Shown here: positions 1 to 10,160 of the stretch, piece after piece | How positions within the stretch are numbered: the first letter of the stretch is position 1 | Layout of the letters: every line of letters begins with the position of its first letter | DNA from: Ostreococcus lucimarinus | Lineage: Eukaryota | Reading direction: 5' to 3' (one strand) | Length of the DNA stretch: 64,000 nucleotides | Assembly: GCA_000092065.1 (NCBI GenBank) | Contig: CP000597.1 | Position numbers and translations under genes: made by a program | Notes under the pieces: model-generated | Seen by the model: only the letters and a program-made list of their open reading frames with translations | Told to the model about the DNA's origin: nothing | Database searches by the model: none

Positions 1-673
1 CGCGCGCGCGCGCCGTCGTCGTCGCGCGCGCCGCGGCGAATCGATCGAGCGCGTTCCGGACGCTTCTCGCGCTTCCCGCGCGCGCGACGACCGCGCACGC
101 GCCGAGCGCGCGCCTCGGCGTCGCGCACGCCGCCGGCGCGCGCGCGTCGACGCGCGCGCGCGCGCGCGCCGTCGCCGCGACGCGCATCGCCGCCAGCGCG
201 CTCCGGCGCATGCGACCGCGGCGCGCTCGGGTCGACGCCGCCGGCGCGCGTCGCGCGCGTGTGCGGCGCCGAGGCGCGCGCGCGCGCGCGGCGCGCGGCC
301 GCGCGGCGATGTCGCGTATGCGCATACAGCGCGCGGTTGGTTTTCACGGTCGCGTCGCCCCCGATGCGGTTTACGTGCGCTTTGAAGGGTGCTCGATGTC
401 CGATGAAAGTGCGCGGTGTGACGATATATGCGATGTTCGGACAAACGGCGCGCGCGCGCCGCGATTCGACGATTCGACGATTGGACGACGGGACGCGCGC
501 GACGCGATCGTGATGATAAGTACGCGTTCGTCGTCGGTTACAACGCGAATAAAACGCGACGCCTCGAGGCGTCGCGCGTCGACGCGGGCGCGCGACGACG
601 ACGGCGGCGCGACGAGCGCGCGCGAGCGGCGCGACGAGCGCGCCGGTCGCGATGGACGGCGAGGCGGCGCTTA

Positions 674-994
674 CATGCCGGCAGCCTTGCGCTCTTCCTC
701 CATCTTCTTCGCGGCGGCGGCGCGACGGGCTTGGATTTCCTTCTCCTCGGCCGCGTTCTTCGCGCGAAGCTCCTCGGGAGAGAGCGTCTTCTCGTCGGAG
801 CCTTCGTAGGCGTTCCAGTTGGACTTGCCGGCGACGGAATCCTTGAATCCGGCGCTGCGAGCGGACGACGCGACGACGACGGCGCGCGCTTCGTCAGTCT
901 TCCGCGGTTCGAATTTTTTCGCGTCGTCGCGACGTCGTCGAACCCTCGCGCCCGTCCTCGCGCGATTTCGACGACGCCGTCCTCGTCATCCTCG
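674..994 (-). CDS. Probable terminal coding exon of a spliced gene (acidic/lysine-rich tail, possibly PP28/PDAP1-like); no start codon in the segment
   Basis: The minus-strand frame is open from the TGA at 995..997 to the TAA at 671..673. It translates to ...DDAKKFEPRKTDEARAVVVASSARSAGFKDSVAGKSNWNAYEGSDEKTLSPEELRAKNAAEEKEIQARRAAAAKKMEEERKAAGM*. The K/E-rich composition and the GC3 codon bias differ from the surrounding R/A-rich low-complexity reading frames. There is no Met in the segment, so it is absent from the ORF track. Its tail resembles the C-terminus of the PP28 phosphoprotein family (…REEAARKKEEERKAK…), recalled from memory only. Confidence 0.3.
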
Positions 995-1496
995 TCATCC
1001 TCGTCAGCATCGTCGACGTCGCCGCGGCGTCGTCGCCGCGACGTCGACGACGAGAAAATTTCCCTCGCGACGCCCCTCGACCCGCCCTCGCGCGCGTCGC
1101 GCCGCCGTATTTCTCCCGTGCCGACGCGCGTCGCGTCGCGTTCGCCCGCGCGTCGCGCGCGCGCCCGCGCGCGCGCGCGCGCGTAACGCATAGGGGGGCC
1201 CATCGCGCGAAATCGCGCGTCGCGTCGTCGCGGCGTCCCGCGTCGCGCGACCTCGCGTCGCGTCGCGCGTCGCTCGAGACGCACCGCGCGGAGACGTTGC
1301 GCTTGAATTGCGCCGGCGCGTTCGCGCGAACGGCCGCGGAGGAGGTGACGAGGGCAAACATCGTGTCGGAGCGCGTGCGTGTGTGTCGCGCGGGGTCGAC
1401 GCGCGCGCGCTGGATAAGGATAAACCCTTGTATTTTTTCGCGAAAATCGGGTATGTTCGTCGCGTTTTCGGGTGACGGGCGTCGGTTACGCGTAAT

Positions 1497-1680
1497 TAGC
1501 CATTTCGGCGCTAATATACGTGTCGTTTCCATGTGATTAGGCGTTTCGGCGGTCGTATACGTGCCGGTCGCGTGCATCCCGCGTGATGCGCCGTTTCGGC
1601 GCTCGTATGCGTGTGAATTCCATGTGATTAGGCGTTTCGGGGCTCGTGTACGCGTCAGCGCCGCGCGCGGGTGCGATTCG
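1497..1680. repeat. Tandemly repeated promoter/intergenic motif: two ~91-bp units, each holding two ~45-bp sub-repeats (CGTTTCGGCGNTCGTATACGTG…CCATGTGATTAGG)
   Basis: CCATGTGATTAGGCGTTTCGG occurs at 1529 and 1620, a period of 91 bp. TTCGGCGCT(A/C)(A/G)TAT(A/G)CGTG occurs at about 1503, 1542, 1592 and 1632. The block lies between the minus-strand gene that ends near 672 and the plus-strand coiled-coil gene that starts at 1769. Confidence 0.7.
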
Positions 1681-1768
1681 GCCGTTGCGCGGTCGCGCGC
1701 GGTCGCGCGCGCACATCGCGACGCCGCGACGCCGCGCGAAACGCGTCGCGCGCGACGCGAGCGTCGCC

Positions 1769-4198
1769 ATGCGCGCGGACGATCCCGACGCCGACGCGTG
1801 CCTGTCCGACGGCGCGCGCGCGCGCGTGGACGCGCGACGCGCGCTCGCGGACGCCGAGAGGGGAACCGACGCGCGACGCGCGACGCGACGGCCGCGGACG
1901 CTCGCGCGCGTCGATCGCGACGACGGGCGAGGCGCGAGGGCGAGCGAGACGATCGCGGACGTCGACGGCCGACGACGGGCGATCGAAGCGAGCGTCAGGC
2001 GGGAGTACGAGCGAGCGCTGCGACGACGCGCGGCGCGGTGCGAGACGCTCGAGCGCGAGGGCGAGGCGCGCGAGCGAGCGACGCGCGAGCTCGAGGCGCG
2101 ACGCGCGGCGGAGGCGGAGAGGTTGAGGACGGAGTTGGAGGCGCGGACGGAGGAGCTGGCGCGCGCGAGAGGAGAGGGCGAGGAGATGGCGAAGGTGAAG
2201 GCGCGGGCGGAGGCGGAGGCGGAGACGCGCGCGCGCGCCGAGGCGGAGAACGAGACGCTGCGACGGCGGTGTGAGGAGGCGTGCGCGAGCGAAAAGAGCG
2301 CGAGGGAAAGCTTGGAAGAGCGCACGCGCGAGCTCGAGCGTTTGGCGAGCGCGATGGAGGCGGTGAAGGCGGATGCGACGCGAGCGAGGACGGCGAGCGA
2401 AAAGGCGAGCGAGCGGTGCGCCGAGCAAGAGGCGCGCGTATTTCGAGCGGTGCGTGCGGCGGAGAGAATGAAGCAGCGCGTCGAGGAAGCGGAACAACGC
2501 GCCAGTCGTGCGCAACGCGCTATGGCGTCGAGCGATGAGTCCAACGCGGCGCACAGTTGCGAGCTCGTCGAGCGTGCGAAGAGAGAAATCACCGACGCGC
2601 GTCGGCGAAACGAAGATTTGGAAACTCGTCTGACGCAGACGACGAGCGAGTTGGAGGCGTTGAGAGAAAAACTCGGTCCGGACATGGAGCGTGCGCGGTT
2701 AGAGGGTGCGCAATCCTATCGCGTTCGCATCGAGGCTCTGACGACCGCGCGAGACGACCTTCAACGCGAAGTCGAGGCGAGGCAGAGCAAAATCGACGAG
2801 CTCGAACGCGCCGACGCCAAAGCGCGCGCGCGGTACGACGAACTCAGGCGTGGAGCGGAGTTTAAGATTCAGACTCTCGAGCAACGCTGCGCGAACGCCG
2901 AGCGGCGCGTGTTGGAGAAGGAGGCGAGCGTGCGCGTGGCTGCGACGGCGCGCGACGCGGCTGAGCGACGGTGCGAAGAGCACGAAAAGATTCTCGAGAA
3001 GTCGTCGTCGCAAGACGTCGTCATCACTTCTTTGCTCGCTAAGCTCGAGCAACGCGTGTGCGAGCTGTATGCCAAAGCCGACAGCGCGGCAAAGCTCATG
3101 CAAACGCAGCGTAAAGGAGACGCGACAAAAATGGCAAAGTTGCAGGCTCGCGTTCGCGCGGCGAGACGCGCGCGAGACGCCGCGAAGACGCGAGCGTCGC
3201 GACTCGTTCGAGAAAATGAAGAGTCCTTGATGCGCATTGGAATCATGGAAGTTCAATTGAAAGATGCCGAGCGTATGATCGAGAACGCCAACCGCGAGTG
3301 GTTGGCGGAATGTAGACGTCGCGAAACCGCGGAGAGCGTCTCGTCCCGCGCCGAGGACGAACTCGGGGAGATCAGAGCGAAGATGAACGCGCTCGAGAGC
3401 GACAGAGCGGTGGTGCAGCGCGAAAACCAAAAGTCATACGCCATGGCGCTCGAGCAAAACGTTCACGCCGAGGAGCGCATCGCTGAATTGACGAGTCAAC
3501 TGGAGGCTTTGAAGTCGGACCTTGCCGCCGCTTCGGAAGCGTTGGCGGCGGCTCAAGTGGACGTGAATGCGGCGACAACCCGCGAGCAGTCGCTTCGCTG
3601 GAAATCTCAGGAGTTGGAGTCGTCGAACGCCAACCTTCAGCGCGCGATCGACGAGCAGCGCGCCGCAATCGACGAACGCGACGGCGTCGAAGCCACCTTG
3701 GCCAAGCGAGAGGAAGAGCTCGCCAACGCCGAGGCGCGCTCAGCTCGACTCGACTGTGAGCTCACGGATGCGAAGATCGACGCGCGACGCGCGAAAGAGG
3801 CGATGGCAAAAATGCAAAGCGAGTTGGACGCGCTGCGAGCCCAGAGACCGGCGTCATCGCTCTCGAGCGAGCTCGCCGTCGTCGAGGCGATTCGCCGCGA
3901 CCTTGCCACCCCCGAACCCGCGAAGACAGTTCCAGGCGCGCTCGCACTGAGCCCCGACCAAGTTCAGCCATCATCCACGACGGCGACGACGACGACGACG
4001 ATCATCGTCGACGCACCGCCGGAACAGAAGGAACAGACTCGGTCGACGCAACCGTCGCCCGCGCGTCGCGCGCGACGCCGCGCCAATCCGTTCGCCGACA
4101 AGGAGAACCCCGACGCCTCTCCCAAGCTCACCGCCGTCCCTCGCCGACAACACACCAACGCCCCTCTGTCCCCGTTATCACTCCTAGGCGTGCGATAA
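1769..4198 (+). CDS. Long coiled-coil protein (E/R/A/L heptad-rich, myosin-tail/SMC-like filament-forming region); function unknown
   Basis: A 2.4-kb uninterrupted ORF. The track starts it at a GTG at 1646; the first ATG is at 1769. It contains long runs such as ELEARRAAEAERLRTELEARTEELARARGEGEEMAKVKARAEAEAE and LEALKSDLAAASEALAAAQVDVNAATTREQSLRWKSQELESSNANLQRAIDEQRAAIDERD. The C-terminus is S/T/P-rich. Confidence 0.6.
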   Translation: MRADDPDADACLSDGARARVDARRALADAERGTDARRATRRPRTLARVDRDDGRGARASETIADVDGRRRAIEASVRREYERALRRRAARCETLEREGEARERATRELEARRAAEAERLRTELEARTEELARARGEGEEMAKVKARAEAEAETRARAEAENETLRRRCEEACASEKSARESLEERTRELERLASAMEAVKADATRARTASEKASERCAEQEARVFRAVRAAERMKQRVEEAEQRASRAQRAMASSDESNAAHSCELVERAKREITDARRRNEDLETRLTQTTSELEALREKLGPDMERARLEGAQSYRVRIEALTTARDDLQREVEARQSKIDELERADAKARARYDELRRGAEFKIQTLEQRCANAERRVLEKEASVRVAATARDAAERRCEEHEKILEKSSSQDVVITSLLAKLEQRVCELYAKADSAAKLMQTQRKGDATKMAKLQARVRAARRARDAAKTRASRLVRENEESLMRIGIMEVQLKDAERMIENANREWLAECRRRETAESVSSRAEDELGEIRAKMNALESDRAVVQRENQKSYAMALEQNVHAEERIAELTSQLEALKSDLAAASEALAAAQVDVNAATTREQSLRWKSQELESSNANLQRAIDEQRAAIDERDGVEATLAKREEELANAEARSARLDCELTDAKIDARRAKEAMAKMQSELDALRAQRPASSLSSELAVVEAIRRDLATPEPAKTVPGALALSPDQVQPSSTTATTTTTIIVDAPPEQKEQTRSTQPSPARRARRRANPFADKENPDASPKLTAVPRRQHTNAPLSPLSLLGVR

Positions 4199-4265
4199 AC
4201 ATCAAATTCGTCTCTTCGCGCGTCGCCGCCGCCGCGCCCCGTCGCCTCACAACGAGTCGCTCGCC

Positions 4266-5360
4266 ATGCGCACCGACGGAGGCGTCGACGCCTCCGTCGG
4301 CGCCCTCGATCCGATGCGCGATGAGGTCACGCTTCGAACGCGCGTCGTCGCCAGCGCTTGCGCCGCGAGCGTCGCCGCCGTCGTCACCAATCCACTCGAC
4401 GTCATCAAGACACAAATCCAAGCCAACCACGCCGCGCTGGCGCGAATCAACCGCCTGAACCTCGCGCCGTACAGCGCAAAGTCGTGCCCGACGACGTGCC
4501 CGACGACCGGCAGCGCGACGTACATGTGCGCGCCCGAGTGCGCGCTGCCGACGAAGACGCTGGACGCGGCGCGAACGCTGGCGAGACGCGAGGGCGCGCG
4601 AGGGTTCTGGCGAGGCACCGGTGGGGCGCTGTTCGTCGCGCTGCCGGCGGTTGGCATATATTTGCCGTGCTACGACTACGCCCTGCGATGGTTGATCGAG
4701 AGTGGGGGCGTGGGAGAGAACGCGGCGCCGGCGCTCGCGGGGGCGGCGAGTCGAACGTTGGCGGTGTCGGCGTGCGCGCCGTTAGAGTTGGCCCGCACGC
4801 GCGTGTTAGCGACGCGTCGCGGGAGTCCGGGGGTGTATGGACAGAGCGGGGGACGGGCGTTCGTGGGAGCGCTCAGAGAGAGCGCGGGGGGAAGAGGAGG
4901 CGGGATGTTGGCGGGCGCTCGAAACGCGTGGACGGGCGTCGGGCCGACGCTGGCGAGAGACGTGCCGTACAGTGCGATGTATTGGTACGCCGTCGAGCAG
5001 TTCCGGTCGATACTCGGAGGCGACGTCGCGGGACATCGTCGAGAACGAACGACGCGAGAGTTGGCGGGGATCAATTTCGTGAGCGGGTGCGCGGCGGGCG
5101 CCGCGGTGGCGGCGCTCACGACGCCTCTGGACGTCGTGAAGACTCGCGTGCAAATACGCGATATCGCGCCAGTAGACTTTGCTTCTTCCACTGAGACCGT
5201 TCCGGGTGTATCTCGTCGTGGGATCGTGGGTGAACTCGCACACATCGCGCGCACCGGGGGAGTCGACGCGTTGTTCGCGGGGTGGGGCCCCAGAGCCGCT
5301 CGAGCGGCGCCTACGGGTGCGATCGTCCTGGTTGCGTACGAGGTCGTGAAGACGATGTGA
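4266..5360 (+). CDS. Mitochondrial carrier family protein, SLC25A39/SLC25A40 (yeast MTM1)-like
   Basis: It has three carrier signature motifs: NPLDVIKTQIQ, PLELARTRV and TPLDVVKTRVQ. A cysteine-rich insert, SCPTTCPTTGSATYMCAPECALP, sits between helices 1 and 2 and is diagnostic of the SLC25A39/40 subfamily. The start is an ATG at 4266. Confidence 0.8.
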   Translation: MRTDGGVDASVGALDPMRDEVTLRTRVVASACAASVAAVVTNPLDVIKTQIQANHAALARINRLNLAPYSAKSCPTTCPTTGSATYMCAPECALPTKTLDAARTLARREGARGFWRGTGGALFVALPAVGIYLPCYDYALRWLIESGGVGENAAPALAGAASRTLAVSACAPLELARTRVLATRRGSPGVYGQSGGRAFVGALRESAGGRGGGMLAGARNAWTGVGPTLARDVPYSAMYWYAVEQFRSILGGDVAGHRRERTTRELAGINFVSGCAAGAAVAALTTPLDVVKTRVQIRDIAPVDFASSTETVPGVSRRGIVGELAHIARTGGVDALFAGWGPRAARAAPTGAIVLVAYEVVKTM

Positions 5361-5456
5361 AAGATAGATTTAGATAGCGCGTTAACGATGAGCGACTTAG
5401 CACTAGCTAGCATTACAGAATATTATTTAGTCGATTGTTTTGACGAGAACAGCGCA

Positions 5457-6866
5457 TTAGAACCACGAAGCCTCGGCACGGGTATTTTGCCTCGTCCCGG
5501 CGAGTGTCGATCGGCAAATCACGCATTGCCCGGTCTCGAACGCCGCTTTTGTCGAATGAAGCGCCCCGCACGCTTTGCATTCGATCCCGTTCGCACTTTT
5601 CGGGATAGATTCCAGAGTCGCCGCGCACATCTTCTTAGGATCTTCGGTTTCCGGAACGTCGTCGGTCCTTTGGCCTCGCATCTCACACTGCGCCAGCATG
5701 GCTTCCAAATTTCCCCAATTTGACGATGATGTTATCGACATTAGCTCTTTGATCATCTCCCCCGCCACCCCGGCGTTGCCTACCTTGAAATTTTTCGCGC
5801 TGGCGAACCGAAGCGACGCCCGGCGGTGTCGATCCTCGACTCTAGGCAGTGCTACGAGGTGCCGCGTCAACCGAGCGCACTCGCTGACGTTACCTGCCAG
5901 AAACGTCGAGCAGTCGCGCAATATTTTGCACGTTGTCGCGTACGCCGCGCATCTAAGCGCGATAGGATCTCCACTGTGCACCGCATTCACGGCTCCCGCG
6001 ACAAACGCGAACAGCGCCTCGCTAAGCTTGTTGGCGTCGAACAGCTCGACTCCGCGATTGAACTCGCGTTGCGGGTTGATGGTATCGGTATCGGGTAGCG
6101 AAATTTGCGCTAGTTCTTCATAGAATGCCGATGATTCCGCTCCGAACGATCCTCTTGAGACGCCCCCGCGCGGGCTCACTACTCCGGACGTCGACCCTCC
6201 GCCTATCGATCGATTCGATGTTCGTCCTTCGTGCTCGCGACCACCTCCTCTTCCATTCAGGGCGTTTAATTCACGATTTTGTAGACTGGATCGACTCGGT
6301 GGAGACGATGTATGATGTCTGTCAACCGTGACGCTATCTATTCCCGACGAATCGGCCGTCGGTGTGCCGACGATGGCGTCGAGCATATCGTAAGGATCGA
6401 CCGCAAGTGGCTTCGGCCTCGGCGTCGAGCGGGTAGGCGCCGCGACCGATTTCGACGCCGTCATCGTCGTGAAAGCCTCTAAATCACGCGTTAGCTGCGA
6501 CAGACCTCCACGTTTCGTCGTTTGCGCCTCGTCTGATCCATCTTTCGCTACATCAACCGCCGCAGACGTCCCCGGCGCTTCATTTTCCGGTCGATCCGTC
6601 GTCGACGTCGCGTTTGAGTCAGCGTTCACACCCTCGACGGCGTCCACGCGCGCCGACATCCTCGCCCGCGGCGGCGGTGCGAAAGAAAACGCATCTAACG
6701 GCTTCTCGTTCGTTTTCGCGTTCGTCATCGCGGATAACGGCTTGATTTCAATCATAATCTTCCCCGGCGCACCGCGTCCAGACGCGCCCGGCCCTTCGGT
6801 TTCGTCGTCCGAAGAATCCACCGCACCACCCTTCTTCGCGTAAAACGACGACGCATCGAGCGACAT
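5457..6866 (-). CDS. Hypothetical protein with a C-terminal CxxC…CxxC zinc-ribbon-like motif (…ECKACGALHSTKAAFETGQCVICRS)
   Basis: A 477-aa ORF in a locally lower-GC segment. The track start at 6890 is TTG; the first ATG is at 6866. It is convergent with the carrier gene, and AT-rich 3' UTRs lie between them (5361..5456). I recognise no family with confidence. Confidence 0.5.
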   Translation of the reverse strand: MSLDASSFYAKKGGAVDSSDDETEGPGASGRGAPGKIMIEIKPLSAMTNAKTNEKPLDAFSFAPPPRARMSARVDAVEGVNADSNATSTTDRPENEAPGTSAAVDVAKDGSDEAQTTKRGGLSQLTRDLEAFTTMTASKSVAAPTRSTPRPKPLAVDPYDMLDAIVGTPTADSSGIDSVTVDRHHTSSPPSRSSLQNRELNALNGRGGGREHEGRTSNRSIGGGSTSGVVSPRGGVSRGSFGAESSAFYEELAQISLPDTDTINPQREFNRGVELFDANKLSEALFAFVAGAVNAVHSGDPIALRCAAYATTCKILRDCSTFLAGNVSECARLTRHLVALPRVEDRHRRASLRFASAKNFKVGNAGVAGEMIKELMSITSSSNWGNLEAMLAQCEMRGQRTDDVPETEDPKKMCAATLESIPKSANGIECKACGALHSTKAAFETGQCVICRSTLAGTRQNTRAEASWF

Positions 6867-7475
6867 CTCCTTATCGTCGACCGCCTCCAACGCCCTCGTG
6901 CCCGGACGCCGCGCGGCCTCGAGCGCTACACCGCGTCAAACACGCGCGAGTGCGTTCCGATTGCGTTTTACACCGTCCACGAAATCAACCGCGCGCGTCG
7001 CCCTCGACGCGTCGATCGTCCGTCGCGCGTCGCCGCGCGCCCGCGCGGGATCCGTGCGCCCGCGCGCCCGCGCCTCGGGCTCGCGACGCGCCGGACGATC
7101 GCGACCCGGCGCGCGCGGAATGCCGCGGGTGCGTCCCCCCATCCTCACCTCCGTGGACCCGAGCGCGGTCGGTCGGTGTCGATCGCCATCGACCATCACC
7201 CAACCCCGTTTCGGGTTCACGACGTAAAAAACGAAACACGCGCGGGTTCGCGAAACGCAACGTGGTTCGATGACCGCGGATCGAACGTCATCGCGCGCAT
7301 CGGAGATCGCGAAATCCAGTCGATCGCGAACGACCGAATCGAACCGCGCGCGTCGTCGATCGATGCGTTCGACGCGATCGATGGGACGAGGTTCGATGTG
7401 ATCGCGCCGATCGATCGATCGATCGATCGACGCGGCGCCGCGCGCGCGCGAATCGTCGGCACATCGCGCCGACGG

Positions 7476-8975
7476 ATGGTGCGCGCGATGGACGTCGACG
7501 TCGTCGACCGGGCGTCGCGCGAGGGCGATGAGATCGCGAAACGCGCCTCGCTGGACGTCGAGACGGGTCGGGACGCGAAGATGGGCGACGCGGGGGCGAG
7601 TTCGCGGTCGAATTCGTCCGCCGCCACGGAGACTATGCGAAATGTCGATCGCGAATGCGGGACGACGGCGGAGCGACGAGGGAAGTACAGGTCGAGCGAG
7701 ACGCACGAGGAGCACGTGAATAAGAAGATACACGCGGCGAAGCGGCGGACGAGGAGCGAGCTGTCGGTGCGACAGGGAGGGTGGGCGAAGCACGGGTACG
7801 CGTACGAGGACGCGGACGCGACGTCGCGGTCGTTGAAACATTTACACGCGATCGAGCGGATATCGGTGAAGACGACGACAAAGGAAGAGTTTATCGAAAG
7901 GTTCGAGAGGACACGGACGCCGTGCGTGATCACGGACGCGATGGAGGATTGGGGGTGTTATAAAAACGACGGCGGGCGGTTTTGGAGCGTAGACACGCTC
8001 GCGGAGCGGTTTCGAGAGGTCAAGTTCAAGGTGGGGACGGACGACGATGGGTACCCGGTGCGGTTGAAGATGAAGCACATTCAGCATTACGTGAACGATC
8101 CGGTGCACATGCGAGACGATAGTCCGATGTATGCGTTCGACGGGAGCGTCTTTGACAAGCCGGAGACAAAGTCGTTATTGGAGGACTTCAAGATTCCAGA
8201 TTGGTTCGAGGAGGATTTGTTCAAGCACGTCGGGGCGAAGCGTCGACCGCCTTATCGATGGATCGTTTTTGGGCCGCCTCGGAGCGGTTCGTCCGTGCAC
8301 GTTGACCCGTTGGCGACGAGCGCTTGGAATGCGTTGATTTCGGGACGCAAGCGTTGGGCGCTTTATCCGCCGCGCTCGGTGGACAAGGCGACGATCAAGC
8401 CGCGAGGAATTGGTCTGGATGGTGAATCGGTGACCTGGTTCAACAAAATGTACCCTCGAACGACGACAGAGGAGTGGAAGCGCCAAGGATTGCCCCCACC
8501 CATTGATGTCATCCAACATCCTGGGGAAATCATGTTCGTTCCAGACGGTTGGTGGCACGCAGTGCTGAATCTCGACCACACCATGGCGGTGACGCAAAAC
8601 TTTTCGACTTCCGCCCGATTCGACGCGGTGTGGCGCATCACGCGTCGAGCGCGACCGAAAATGTCTGCTAGATGGCTGGAAAAGTTGCGACGGGTTCGTC
8701 CAGATTTAGCCGAGGTGGCGGATGCGCAGCCTCGTCGAAGCGAAGTCAGCGCAGGTGAACAAACGAGTTCGACGAGCAGTTCATCCTCTGGTTCAAGCGA
8801 TACCGAAGCCGAAGCCGAGGACGAGGTCATGACGAAAGAACGCGAGACCTTTGAGCGAGCCGCGGGGGGCGGCGGCGACGCCTCGACCAAACGCACGAGA
8901 ACTGGAGACGGTTTGATCGCCGACCTGGCCGCGGAAAAGATGCGCGCGGCGTCGAAATCGATGGACATCAACTAA
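7476..8975 (+). CDS. JmjC-domain 2-oxoglutarate/Fe(II) oxygenase, JMJD6-like (lysyl hydroxylase/arginine demethylase family)
   Basis: YRWIVFGPPRSGSSVHVDPLATSAWNALISGRKRWALYPP and GEIMFVPDGWWHAVLNLDHTMAVTQNF align to the JMJD6 core, which reads [27 protein letters not shown]…[27 protein letters not shown]. The track ORF starts at a GTG at 7176 and has a low-complexity N-terminal extension; the first ATG is at 7476. Confidence 0.8.
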   Translation: MVRAMDVDVVDRASREGDEIAKRASLDVETGRDAKMGDAGASSRSNSSAATETMRNVDRECGTTAERRGKYRSSETHEEHVNKKIHAAKRRTRSELSVRQGGWAKHGYAYEDADATSRSLKHLHAIERISVKTTTKEEFIERFERTRTPCVITDAMEDWGCYKNDGGRFWSVDTLAERFREVKFKVGTDDDGYPVRLKMKHIQHYVNDPVHMRDDSPMYAFDGSVFDKPETKSLLEDFKIPDWFEEDLFKHVGAKRRPPYRWIVFGPPRSGSSVHVDPLATSAWNALISGRKRWALYPPRSVDKATIKPRGIGLDGESVTWFNKMYPRTTTEEWKRQGLPPPIDVIQHPGEIMFVPDGWWHAVLNLDHTMAVTQNFSTSARFDAVWRITRRARPKMSARWLEKLRRVRPDLAEVADAQPRRSEVSAGEQTSSTSSSSSGSSDTEAEAEDEVMTKERETFERAAGGGGDASTKRTRTGDGLIADLAAEKMRAASKSMDIN

Positions 8976-9039
8976 AAATTACGATATCAGAGGCACTCAT
9001 CATTAATTCATTGTACAATTGTTGTGAAACACATATAAT

Positions 9040-10149
9040 CTACACATTCAATGTCCACGCCATATCAATCTCTGTCTCGGTCAGGCGCTCCGAGTACGAG
9101 CTCCTGACGCCACTTTCGTCTAAGAACGCCGTCAAACAAAATCCTAAATATTCCGTCGAGGGCGATCCGAGTCCTCGCGAGACAAGCTCGCGAGCGCCCC
9201 ACAGCGTGGCCGGTCCGTTGACGCGAACGCGAACGCGTCGCTCGCGCTCAGCCGAGGACGCCATCTCGGCATCCGACTGCGCGGCACCCCTCAAATCGTA
9301 ATCCACGCTGATCCTCAACGCGTACCCGCTCCTCACGAACACCTCCGCGATATCTCGCATACCCTCCACCGCGAGATCGAGCCGCTCCTTCCCTCCCCTC
9401 GCCGATACCGGTGCCGGCGTGCCCTTGAAGTACGCCACGTCGAAATCCTCCCCGCGATCGAACCCTCTCCGCAAGCGTTCATAAATCTTTTTCCCACACC
9501 TCTCCGCGATCGCCTCGGGCAAGTTCGCGTTATCCATCAACGCGGGATCCCTCCGCACGACCGTCACGAGACCCTCCGCTCCCGTACGTTCCTCAAAAAC
9601 CTTCGCCGCCTTTGGAATCGCTCGCGACGCGCACGCCATCTGCACGAACGTCACAAAGTCGAAATACAGCGGATCCGTGATTTTCCCTTGCTCGATCCGC
9701 AGCGGTTCGTACAAATACTTGTACGGCTCCCACTCCGACGCTCGAAACTTCCACGACGTCGCCTGGAACTCGTCCATCGGGAGCATGTCCACGTCGTCGA
9801 TCGCCTCGTACGCCGACCGCAGCAGCAGCACCGCGAACGCGCCCTCGAGCGGCTTTCGCGGGAACTTCACCGGCACCGGCGCGCTCGGCGGCGGCGCGAA
9901 CGCGAAATTTCCCGCGTTTTCGCGCGTCGGCGCGTACGCGTTCGCGCGCGCGTCCCTCGCCGCGCGCCGTCGGCCGTCGTCGTCGTCGTCGTCACCGTCC
10001 CTCGTCGCGCTCTCCGCGCGCCTCGTCGTCGCGATCAGGGGCGCCAACGCCGCGTACGCGGACATGACGTCGCGACGCGTCATCGCGCGCGCCGTCACGC
10101 GCCGACGCGGCGCCACCGACGCGCGCGGCGCGACGCGCGCGCGGCACAT
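9040..10149 (-). CDS. Hypothetical protein, probably organelle-targeted (R/A-rich N-terminus)
   Basis: A 369-aa ORF with coding-like composition after about residue 80 (…PLRIEQGKITDPLYFDFVTFVQMACASRAIPKAAKVFEERTG…). It is convergent with the JmjC gene. No family assigned. Confidence 0.5.
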   Translation of the reverse strand: MCRARVAPRASVAPRRRVTARAMTRRDVMSAYAALAPLIATTRRAESATRDGDDDDDDGRRRAARDARANAYAPTRENAGNFAFAPPPSAPVPVKFPRKPLEGAFAVLLLRSAYEAIDDVDMLPMDEFQATSWKFRASEWEPYKYLYEPLRIEQGKITDPLYFDFVTFVQMACASRAIPKAAKVFEERTGAEGLVTVVRRDPALMDNANLPEAIAERCGKKIYERLRRGFDRGEDFDVAYFKGTPAPVSARGGKERLDLAVEGMRDIAEVFVRSGYALRISVDYDLRGAAQSDAEMASSAERERRVRVRVNGPATLWGARELVSRGLGSPSTEYLGFCLTAFLDESGVRSSYSERLTETEIDMAWTLNV

Positions 10150-10160
10150 CGCGGCTCGAA

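Noticed and set aside
1-660. Extremely GC-rich, (GCG)n-like region with multiple overlapping ORFs (210..809, 428..1186, 538..1284)
   Set aside because: All frames are open because the sequence is almost pure G/C. The translations are Arg/Ala homopolymer-like and show no coding signature. It is treated as a low-complexity spacer, UTR or intron.
7176-7475. N-terminal 100 residues of the track ORF for the JmjC gene, and similar 5' extensions of other track ORFs (1646, 19850, 21735, 25739, 60256, 62854)
   Set aside because: These track ORFs begin at GTG or TTG codons because the ORF finder accepts alternative starts. The extensions are low-complexity, so starts were moved to the first plausible ATG.
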